Assembly: GCA_045589375.1 (NCBI GenBank)
Contig: JAZNOY010000042.1
Span: forward strand, 101-64,100
DNA: 64,000 nt
DNA from: Acutalibacteraceae bacterium
Lineage (GTDB): Bacteria > Bacillota > Clostridia > Oscillospirales > Acutalibacteraceae
Direction of reading: 5' to 3'
Shown one piece after another: positions 28,474-36,213 of this stretch. Position 1 is the stretch's first letter, and each line of letters begins with the position of its first letter. The translations under genes and the position numbers were made by a program. The notes below the pieces were generated by a model. It worked only from the letters and a program-made list of their open reading frames with translations, did not search any database and was not told where the DNA came from.

Positions 28474-28502
28474 GAAAAAAGACCGAGGGAACTCGGTCTT
28501 TT
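28474..28502 (-). terminator. intrinsic terminator of the GH2 gene
   Basis: Minus strand reads aagaccgag-ttcc-ctcggtctt then TTTTTT. Confidence 0.75.
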
Positions 28503-28506
28503 GAGA

Positions 28507-31020
28507 TTAAAACTGATTCATTTGTGTAAGTGATATTTTTGATGCTTCACCGTCTACAACGACATTTATCACTTCGCTCGGTAAAACGGTGACAAAGTTT
28601 TTGTCGGTAATAAGCGGTGTGCCGTCTTTATCCAAGACACTAAATTCAACAAAGTAGGCAGGTGTTTGTGATTTGTTCGTGACGGCAAACTGTGATTTGC
28701 CGAGTTTTGTAATCTCTAAATCACATTTCTTTGCTTTTAGCAACGGCGCAAAGGTTTCTTTTTCCCTGCTTGTGAAAATCCATTCTCCAAAAAGTTTTTC
28801 ATCGTTAGAGGCCGTCATGCGAACAAGGGCAAGGTCGCCGTTTAACTTGATTTTAAGGGGAACAAGTTCGATCGTGCCTGAGCCCTTAACGTTTTCAAAG
28901 TTAAATGTTTCGATTTCTTCACCGTTCTCATTAAAGACGCTGATTTTAACAGTGCCGAAATCAAATTCATTATCCGAGCAAAGAAAAGGCATAAAGGAAA
29001 TTTCACCGTTTCGGTCGGCGTAGGGCAGGTCGTATTTGAGGCCGAGCATTTGTGGAGCATATCCCTTTTTCGTTTCGTAAAATGCAGGTTTCGGGTAACC
29101 GTCAAATTCAAGAAGACAGGTGTTTTGCGCATTCGGGAAAGGCTCCGAGCCCATCCAAACGATCATTCCCGTTCGTTTTTTATCGAAAAATCTTATTGCC
29201 GAACAAATTGTTTTAAGCGATTCGCCTTGAATAAAACGAGAAGCCGCGGCATAGGCCGAAAGCCTATCGGGACATTCTTCGAAATCGCCGAAAAGTTCTT
29301 TAAGTTCATCAAGCCTTATCCACCAAGCACCGCGACTTGACCAAAATTCAGTGCGGTAACTAGGCGGCCAAATATCCTTTGTGCAGTATTTTTTAAGCGC
29401 GTCAACCCTGGCACAAGAAGGTGCACCGACTTCGGAAAACAACACACTTTTTTCGTTGTAAAAATGCGTGTATTGGCGTTGCACGCCGATATAATCCCAA
29501 GGTCCATGGGCATCGCCGTTTATCCAACCGCCTGTGCTTTCCTTTGTGAAACGGGGGTCGGCAATGCGGGAAGGGGTATCAGGAAGATAAAGAATTTCGG
29601 GGTTAAGCTTTCTTACCAGGTCGCCCAAGGCTTTAACATTGTTGCTGATATCCTCATCTAAAGGATAATAATTATCTTTTAGATAAAGTTCATTTCCTGC
29701 GCACCAGTATGTAAGGCTCACGTGGCTTCGGGCATAAAGAACATGCTGTGTGGAAATTTTTACAAGGTTTTTAATAAATGCCTCGTCTTCGTTTGGCTCG
29801 TTGTCAATTCCGCTTGAAGATTGCGGGAAATCCTGCCAAACCATAATTCCCATTTTATCGCAAAGAGAATAGAAAACGTCGCTTTCCTGTGCGGCGCCGC
29901 CCCATACGCGAATAAGGTTGCAACCCATTTTTACAAAGCGTTCAAGGAAGAAAAGATAATCCTTTTCCCTTACACTGCCGTAAAACGGTGAAATGGGCAC
30001 CCAGTTAATTCCGCGCAGTGGAATAACACGGTCATTTATCTTAACCGAATAGGGCAGGCAACCATCGGGCGCACCCTCGGGAACGGCGTATTCAATTTTT
30101 CTAAAGCCAACCTGTTTTTCATCGCTTGTAAGAACAGTTTTATCCTTACTGCAAACGGTGATTTTTGCGGTGTAAAGCGGCTGTTCGCCAAAACCCAGCG
30201 GGAACCATTTTTCAACCGCTAAATTATTAAGATTTAAAGTTACGCTGTTTTCGCCTTTAACAGCGGAAACGGTGCTTTCGGTTTCAGCAACAACATTACC
30301 GTTTCTTTCAAGTGAAAGAGTGACGTTGTAGTCGGCATTTTGGGTAGCGTTAAAGATGAGGTTTCCGCTGACCGAACCGCTTTTACCGTTGTAAGACGTT
30401 TTGGGGTAAAAATCCTCAATGTAAGCGCCGCTGACTGCCTCGAGCCATACGTCACGGAAAATACCGATGTTTACAAGGCGAGGGCACCAGTCCCAACCGT
30501 AGTTAAAACGGGACTTTAAAATTGAGGTCTTGCTTGTGTAACCGACCTGTCCGTCAACTTCGGGCGGCTGCAGGAAAACAATTTTTAACTGATTTTCCTT
30601 ATCAAGATAAATTGCATCGGTAACATCAACGCGGTAGGGAATCATCATCTCGTTAAATTCTAAAACCTGCCTATCGTTGACAAAAACAATGCCGTTAAAG
30701 TCAAGGCCCTCAAAATAAAGGTGATAACGTTCGGCTTTTTCAGCAACCGAAAAAGTCTTGGTGTAAACCCATTCGCGATTTTCAACCCATTCAATATTTC
30801 TAAAATTAGTTTGGATTTTCCAATCCTCAATAATACCGTTATCAAATAGATCGGTCTGCACACTTCCGGGAACGGTTGCGGGGATTTCGGTCACCACGGG
30901 TGCGGAAAAACCGTTTGTTTCCATAACCTTGCCATAGTGCCATTGATGCTTAACCCAACCAACAAGTCGCCAATCGTTGCCGCTTAAAAGAGTTTTGCTC
31001 AAAAAAATCCCCACTTTCAT
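28507..31020 (-). CDS. glycoside hydrolase family 2 protein, beta-mannosidase-like
   Basis: GH2 architecture. Acid/base region YWCAGNE, nucleophile region FSEVGAPS, and beta-mannosidase-like blocks (INWVPISPFYG, IRVWGGA, MVWQDFP). The start is uncertain: ATG 31020 has no clear SD, the track uses 31047, and a TTG a few codons downstream is possible. Confidence 0.78.
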   Translation of the reverse strand: MKVGIFLSKTLLSGNDWRLVGWVKHQWHYGKVMETNGFSAPVVTEIPATVPGSVQTDLFDNGIIEDWKIQTNFRNIEWVENREWVYTKTFSVAEKAERYHLYFEGLDFNGIVFVNDRQVLEFNEMMIPYRVDVTDAIYLDKENQLKIVFLQPPEVDGQVGYTSKTSILKSRFNYGWDWCPRLVNIGIFRDVWLEAVSGAYIEDFYPKTSYNGKSGSVSGNLIFNATQNADYNVTLSLERNGNVVAETESTVSAVKGENSVTLNLNNLAVEKWFPLGFGEQPLYTAKITVCSKDKTVLTSDEKQVGFRKIEYAVPEGAPDGCLPYSVKINDRVIPLRGINWVPISPFYGSVREKDYLFFLERFVKMGCNLIRVWGGAAQESDVFYSLCDKMGIMVWQDFPQSSSGIDNEPNEDEAFIKNLVKISTQHVLYARSHVSLTYWCAGNELYLKDNYYPLDEDISNNVKALGDLVRKLNPEILYLPDTPSRIADPRFTKESTGGWINGDAHGPWDYIGVQRQYTHFYNEKSVLFSEVGAPSCARVDALKKYCTKDIWPPSYRTEFWSSRGAWWIRLDELKELFGDFEECPDRLSAYAAASRFIQGESLKTICSAIRFFDKKRTGMIVWMGSEPFPNAQNTCLLEFDGYPKPAFYETKKGYAPQMLGLKYDLPYADRNGEISFMPFLCSDNEFDFGTVKISVFNENGEEIETFNFENVKGSGTIELVPLKIKLNGDLALVRMTASNDEKLFGEWIFTSREKETFAPLLKAKKCDLEITKLGKSQFAVTNKSQTPAYFVEFSVLDKDGTPLITDKNFVTVLPSEVINVVVDGEASKISLTQMNQF

Positions 31021-31073
31021 AAAGTATTTTTTAATTATACCACGCAAAAAAGTTTATATCAAGGATTTTTTTA

Positions 31074-31181
31074 GCGGTATTAACGATACAATGTTCTCAA
31101 ACGAAAATCTTTGATTTTCATAAATGCGAATGCATTTCGGCGGCGTTCCACCGCCGTCGGTTTGAGGTTATTATATCATAA
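31074..31181. repeat. copy 2 of the ~108-nt direct repeat, upstream of the GH2 gene
   Basis: See copy 1. On the minus strand TTTACA (31193-31198), a 17-nt spacer and TGaTATAAT (31170-31175) overlap its end. Confidence 0.85.
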
Positions 31182-31330
31182 TTCTTTAGCCCTGTAAATG
31201 AAGCATTTGCCTTGCGGCAAATATGAAGCGAAGCGTTCCTTATCGTGCCGTAGGCACACTTCATTGCCGAAGGCTGCTTCATTAGCGTAAGCGTCTTAAT
31301 GCACCGTTAGGTGCGCTTCATTCCACCAAA

Positions 31331-31355
31331 CAAAAAACCACCCTTTTGGGTGGTT
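31331..31355 (-). terminator. intrinsic terminator of the tRNA-Thr/tRNA-Tyr unit
   Basis: Minus strand reads aaccaccc-aaaa-gggtggtt then TTTTT. Confidence 0.75.
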
Positions 31356-31361
31356 TCTGTT

Positions 31362-31446
31362 TGGTGGGAGAGGATGGATTCGAACCATCGAAGCTGAAAG
31401 CAACAGATTTACAGTCTGCCCCCTTTGGCCGCTCGGGAACTCTCCC
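31362..31446 (-). tRNA. tRNA-Tyr (anticodon GTA), long variable arm
   Basis: The reverse complement is GGGAGAGTTCCCGAGCGGCCAAAGGGGGCAGACTGTAAATCTGTTGCTTTCAGCTTCGATGGTTCGAATCCATCCTCTCCCACCA. This is a type II cloverleaf with anticodon loop CTGTAAA. Confidence 0.95.
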
Positions 31447-31468
31447 ATATTTAATTTTACGAAAAAAC

Positions 31469-31544
31469 TGGAGCTGGTGGACGGACTTGAACCCCCGACC
31501 TGCTGATTACAAATCAGCTGCTCTACCAACTGAGCTACACCAGC
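31469..31544 (-). tRNA. tRNA-Thr (anticodon TGT)
   Basis: The reverse complement is GCTGGTGTAGCTCAGTTGGTAGAGCAGCTGATTTGTAATCAGCAGGTCGGGGGTTCAAGTCCGTCCACCAGCTCCA, with anticodon loop TTTGTAA. Confidence 0.95.
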
Positions 31545-31562
31545 ATTTTCGAACGCTTGACT

Positions 31563-31591
31563 AATATACCATATTTAATAATTAAAGTCAA
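31563..31591 (-). promoter_or_regulatory. probable promoter of the tRNA-Thr/Tyr unit
   Basis: Minus strand reads TTGACT, a 17-nt spacer, then TGgTATATT. Confidence 0.55.
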
Positions 31592-31678
31592 GCGAAAATT
31601 TCGAAAATAATGCTTTTTTAGTATTTTTTTGAAATTTTGCGGAAACATAAAAACGAATTCATTATTGGAGGAATTTTT

Positions 31679-33019
31679 ATGAGTAAAAAACTAACTTCAC
31701 TATTACTGGTTATCAGCGTTTTATTGGTGTCGCTTTCCCTTGCGGGCTGCGGCAAAAACAAATCAGCGGTTTATTTCTTAAACTTTAAGCCCGAATCGGC
31801 AAGCGTTTACGAGGAAATCGCGCGTGTTTACGAGGAAGAAAAGGGTGTTAAGGTTAAGGTTGTTACCGCGGCTGCAGGCACTTATGAGCAGACGCTTAAA
31901 TCTGAAATTGCCAAGGCCTCTGCTCCCACTATTTTTCAGGTTAACGGCCCTATTGGCTACGACTCTTGGGAGGAATACTGCCTTAACATTGAGTCAAGCG
32001 AGTTATACCAGCATCTTTCCGACAAAAGCCTTGCTATAAGGGACGATGACGGCGAGGGCGTTTACGCAATCCCTTATGTTGTTGAAGGCTATGGCATCAT
32101 ATATAATGATGAGATTATGAAAAAATACTTTGCTCTGCCTGAAAAGAAAACCAATTTTACAAGTGCCTCTCAAATCGCAAGCTTTGACGAGCTTAAGGCG
32201 GTTGTTGAGGATATGAGCCGCAACAAGAAAAAATTGGGCATCGAGGGCGTTTTCGCCTCTACCTCGCTATACTCGGGTGAGGATTGGAGATGGCAAACAC
32301 ATCTTCTAAACATTCCGCTTTACTATGAGTTCCGCGACAGCGAGGACTATATGGACCCCACCATTGCGGGACTTAATTCAAAGGAAATTGCATTCAGATA
32401 CGGTGAGGGCTTTAAAAAGCTATTCGATTTATACACCGATAATTCAATCACACAAAAAACACTTTTAGGCTCCAAGTCGACCGCCGACTCTATGGCAGAG
32501 TTTGCACTCGGCAAGGTTGCTATGGTTCAAAACGGCAACTGGGCTTGGTCGCAAATTTCAGGCATTGAGGGCAACACGGTAAAATCAGAGAACATCAAAT
32601 TTATGCCCTTATATATGGGAGTTGACGGCGAAAAATCACAGGGAATCTGCATAGGCACCGAAAACTATTTGGCAATAAACAAATATGCAACCGAGGAGCA
32701 GCAAAAGCAATCTCTTGATTTCCTCAACTGGCTTTTCACAAGCGAAAAGGGCAAAAAGTTCGTTACCGAAAAGCTCAACTTTATAACCCCCTTTGATTCC
32801 TTTAGTGAATCAGAGCTGCCAAACGACCCGCTCGCGCGCGAGGTTGTTAGATATATGAACGACAGCAGCATTACCAATGTTCCTTGGATTTTCACCTCTT
32901 TCCCGAGCGATATTTATAAAACCACCGTCGGAAGCGCCTTGCTCGACTATGTTCAGGGTGATAAGAAGTGGGACGAGGTTAAAACAACAATAATTGATAA
33001 ATGGAAGAGTGAAAGATAA
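31679..33019 (+). CDS. carbohydrate ABC transporter substrate-binding lipoprotein
   Basis: ATG 31679 follows GGAGG. Signal peptide with lipobox LSLAGC. SBP family-1 size and pattern. Confidence 0.85.
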   Translation: MSKKLTSLLLVISVLLVSLSLAGCGKNKSAVYFLNFKPESASVYEEIARVYEEEKGVKVKVVTAAAGTYEQTLKSEIAKASAPTIFQVNGPIGYDSWEEYCLNIESSELYQHLSDKSLAIRDDDGEGVYAIPYVVEGYGIIYNDEIMKKYFALPEKKTNFTSASQIASFDELKAVVEDMSRNKKKLGIEGVFASTSLYSGEDWRWQTHLLNIPLYYEFRDSEDYMDPTIAGLNSKEIAFRYGEGFKKLFDLYTDNSITQKTLLGSKSTADSMAEFALGKVAMVQNGNWAWSQISGIEGNTVKSENIKFMPLYMGVDGEKSQGICIGTENYLAINKYATEEQQKQSLDFLNWLFTSEKGKKFVTEKLNFITPFDSFSESELPNDPLAREVVRYMNDSSITNVPWIFTSFPSDIYKTTVGSALLDYVQGDKKWDEVKTTIIDKWKSER

Positions 33020-33021
33020 AA

Positions 33022-33867
33022 ATGGAGCGTAGTTTAAAGCGATGGTTTGCAGTTTTCACGCTTCCAACCCTTCTCGCCTTTATAATCGCCTTTCTCATTC
33101 CCTTTATTGTGGGGCTTTATCTATCCTTTTGCGAATTCCGAACGGTAAGCGATGCGGTTTTTGTTGGGTTTAGAAACTATATAAGCGCATTCGGCGATAA
33201 CACCGATTTTTTAAACTCGCTTTGGTTTACGATTAGATTTGCGGTAGTATCGGTTATAAGCATAAATATTTTTGCCTTTTTGTTGGCGCTTTTATTAACG
33301 CGTGGGCTACGCGGCACCAACTTTTTCAGAACAGTATTTTTTATGCCAAATCTTATAGGCGGAATAGTGCTCGGATATATTTGGCAGCTTATAATAAACG
33401 GCGTTTTATACCGCTTTGGATACTCGATAACCTCAAATGCGGCCTTCGGCTTTTGGGGACTGGTAATTTTAATGAACTGGCAAATGATTGGCTATATGAT
33501 GATAATTTATATAGCAGGAATTCAAAATGTTCCAAACGATATTTTAGAGGCGGCGCGTGTTGACGGCGCGTCGCCGCTTAAAATACTTTTTAAAATTACC
33601 ATTCCCTCGCTTATGCCCTCAATTACCATTTGTCTGTTTTTAACCATTACCAACGCCTTTAAGCTCTTTGACCAAAATCTTGCGCTCACAGCAGGAGCCC
33701 CCTCAAAGCAGACGCAAATGCTGGCACTTGATATTTATAACACCTTTTACGGCAGGGTCGGCTTTGAAGGCGTAGGGCAAGCAAAGGCGGTTGTTTTCTT
33801 CATAATTGTAGCCGTTATCGCACTGGCACAATTATATTTTACCCGAAGCAAAGAGGTGGAAAATTAG
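33022..33867 (+). CDS. carbohydrate ABC transporter permease (MalF/UgpA-like)
   Basis: Six TM segments and an EAA loop (EAARVDGASPLKILFKITIP). Confidence 0.9.
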   Translation: MERSLKRWFAVFTLPTLLAFIIAFLIPFIVGLYLSFCEFRTVSDAVFVGFRNYISAFGDNTDFLNSLWFTIRFAVVSVISINIFAFLLALLLTRGLRGTNFFRTVFFMPNLIGGIVLGYIWQLIINGVLYRFGYSITSNAAFGFWGLVILMNWQMIGYMMIIYIAGIQNVPNDILEAARVDGASPLKILFKITIPSLMPSITICLFLTITNAFKLFDQNLALTAGAPSKQTQMLALDIYNTFYGRVGFEGVGQAKAVVFFIIVAVIALAQLYFTRSKEVEN

Positions 33868-34700
33868 TGCTTAAAGAGCGTCGTTCAAATACTTTTTTAA
33901 CCGTTATATTGTCACTTGTGGCGTTTGTTTTCATTTTCCCCGTCTTAACGGTTTTTCTAAACTCCTTTAAATCAAAGTTCTATATAAGCGAAACTCCGTT
34001 TGTATTGCCCAATCCGAGCACTTTTTCAGGGCTTGAAAACTATACAACGGGGCTTAGAACAACCGGATTTATAAGCGCGTTTTTTTGGTCATTGTTTATA
34101 ACGGTTTTTTCGGTTGCGGCAATAGTTATTTTCACCTCTATGACGGCTTGGTATATCACCCGTGTTAAAGGAAAGCTCAGCTCTATCATTTATTATTTAT
34201 TTGTGTTTTCGATGATAGTGCCGTTTCAGATGGTTATGTTTACTATGTCTAAAATAGCAAACTCACTGAAGCTCGATAATCCCTTTGGCTTAATTTTTAT
34301 TTATTTGGGCTTTGGCGCAGGGCTTTCGGTATTTATGTTCTCGGGCTTTGTTAAATCGGTACCAAAAGGCATTGAGGAGGCCGCCCGCGTTGACGGCTGT
34401 AACCCGCTTGAAACCTTTTTCTATATTGTATTTCCCATATTAAAGCCCACCGCAATAACCGTTGCTATACTCAATACTATGTGGATTTGGAACGATTATC
34501 TATTGCCATATTTGGTTATCGGCAGTGATTACAAAACCATACCCATAGCCATACAGTATCTCAAGGGTGGCTACGGCTCTATTGATATGGGTGCTATGAT
34601 GGCAATGCTTGTTTTATCCATTATTCCTGTTGTTATTTTCTATCTAAGCTGCCAAAAATATATTATAAAAGGAGTTGCGGCAGGTGCTGTTAAAGGATAA
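33867..34700 (+). CDS. carbohydrate ABC transporter permease (MalG/UgpE-like)
   Basis: GTG start overlapping the upstream stop. EAA loop EEAARVDGCNPLETFFYIVFP. Confidence 0.9.
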   Translation: MLKERRSNTFLTVILSLVAFVFIFPVLTVFLNSFKSKFYISETPFVLPNPSTFSGLENYTTGLRTTGFISAFFWSLFITVFSVAAIVIFTSMTAWYITRVKGKLSSIIYYLFVFSMIVPFQMVMFTMSKIANSLKLDNPFGLIFIYLGFGAGLSVFMFSGFVKSVPKGIEEAARVDGCNPLETFFYIVFPILKPTAITVAILNTMWIWNDYLLPYLVIGSDYKTIPIAIQYLKGGYGSIDMGAMMAMLVLSIIPVVIFYLSCQKYIIKGVAAGAVKG

Positions 34701-36168
34701 GCAGAGAATAAACAAAAGCGGCGTGCTTATGGCGATTTCCTCCCTACCCTCGAAATACGGTATCGGTTCAATGGGAATCGAGGCATACAAATTTATAGAT
34801 TTTTTAAAAGCCTCTAATCAAAGCCTTTGGCAAATTCTGCCGCTCAATCCTATCGGTGAGGGCAACTCGCCCTACAAATCCATCTCCTGCTTTGCAGGAG
34901 AGATTTTGTATATAGATATTGATTTTTTAGTTCGTGACGGTCTCTTGATAAAAAATGAAACCGCACCCAAGGGAAAACAATCTAAAACCGATTATTCGCT
35001 CGCAAGGCAAAGCAAGCTACCGCTGCTTCGCGCCGCGGCAGAAAACTTTAATCTGCGAAACCGCGAATATATAAAATTTGCAAAGGAAAATGCCTTTTGG
35101 CTTAACGATTACGCATTGTTTTGCGTGATTTGCGACCTTTACAAGACCGAAAATCCTGCAAAATTCCCCGAAAAGCTCAAATACCGAATACCCACCGAGC
35201 TCATTAAATTTAAAAAAGAACACGAAAAGCTCATTAATTTTTACAAAATAACTCAGTTTTTCTTCTTTAAGCAGTATTATGCGCTCAAGGCATACGCAAA
35301 TCAAAGCGGAATTCAAATTATAGGTGACATACCCTTTTATATTTCGCCACATTCGGCAGATGTTTGGAAAAATCCAAGCGATTTTAAGCTTAATCGAAGC
35401 CTTGAGCCTGTAGAAATTGCGGGTGTTCCACCCGATATATTTTCAGCGACAGGTCAGCTTTGGGGCAATCCAATATACGACTGGCAGCACCAAAGAATCG
35501 GCGGTTTTCTATGGTGGAAAAAGCGACTTTTACATTACAACAATATGTTTGACATCATAAGAATTGACCATTTTCGTGCATTTGCAGATTTCTATGTTAT
35601 ACCCGCAAACGCGAAAAACGCCACCGAGGGCAAGTGGCGCAGGGGCGTAGGCATAGGCTTTTGGGACAAAATATACTCGTCGATAGGCGAGATGGATATA
35701 ATCGCGGAGGATTTGGGCGGTGAGGACGACCCTCTTGTTATAGATTTGCTTCATAAGACAGGATTTCCTAATATGAAGGTTTTACAGTTTGGCTTTACCG
35801 GCGAGCCCGACAACCCCTTTTTAGCGCAAAATTTCTCGCGAAACTGCGTTTGCTACACGGGAACACACGATAATAATACCACGCTTGGCTGGTATTCCTC
35901 GCTCGATTTGAAAACTAAAATCATCTGTGATACCGAATTATCGCAGTTCGGCGAATTGCCGATTGCCCATAAAATGATTCGAGCAGCGGTGCTATCCCCC
36001 GCAAAATACGCGATTTTTCCTATGCAGGACATACTAAGCCTTGATGAAAAAGCGCGAATGAACACCCCCGGCACAACATCTCATAATTGGGTTTGGCGGC
36101 TTGACTCCGGAATAGATTACAAGGAAACAAGTTCGGTTTTATGTAAACTAACCAAGGAGAGAAACTAA
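34684..36168 (+). CDS. malQ: 4-alpha-glucanotransferase (GH77 amylomaltase)
   Basis: GTG 34684 lies 9 nt after AAGGAG. GH77 blocks SGVLMAISSLPSKYGIGS, IRIDHFRAF, IAEDLG and YTGTHDN. Confidence 0.9.
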   Translation: MLLKDKQRINKSGVLMAISSLPSKYGIGSMGIEAYKFIDFLKASNQSLWQILPLNPIGEGNSPYKSISCFAGEILYIDIDFLVRDGLLIKNETAPKGKQSKTDYSLARQSKLPLLRAAAENFNLRNREYIKFAKENAFWLNDYALFCVICDLYKTENPAKFPEKLKYRIPTELIKFKKEHEKLINFYKITQFFFFKQYYALKAYANQSGIQIIGDIPFYISPHSADVWKNPSDFKLNRSLEPVEIAGVPPDIFSATGQLWGNPIYDWQHQRIGGFLWWKKRLLHYNNMFDIIRIDHFRAFADFYVIPANAKNATEGKWRRGVGIGFWDKIYSSIGEMDIIAEDLGGEDDPLVIDLLHKTGFPNMKVLQFGFTGEPDNPFLAQNFSRNCVCYTGTHDNNTTLGWYSSLDLKTKIICDTELSQFGELPIAHKMIRAAVLSPAKYAIFPMQDILSLDEKARMNTPGTTSHNWVWRLDSGIDYKETSSVLCKLTKERN

Positions 36169-36192
36169 AAAACAAGCACCCCGCGGGGTGCG
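36168..36192 (-). terminator. terminator hairpin after hydA
   Basis: Palindrome gcaccccgcggggtgc followed by TTGTTTTTT on the minus strand. Confidence 0.6.
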
Positions 36193-36213
36193 TGATTTAA
36201 TTTAAAGGAATGA

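Noticed and set aside
31198-31290. 30-codon plus-strand ORF (MKHLPCGKYEAKRSLSCRRHTSLPKAASLA), and a ~54-codon minus-strand ORF starting at 31282, in the hairpin-rich spacer
   Set aside because: Neither has a Shine-Dalgarno sequence. Both run through perfect hairpins and, for the minus ORF, through the repeat cassette and promoter. They are more likely chance frames created by the ATGAAG word.
31296-31564. 72-aa (+) and 77-aa (-) ORFs
   Set aside because: They overlap tRNA-Tyr and tRNA-Thr and their terminator, so they are artefacts of translating structural RNA genes.
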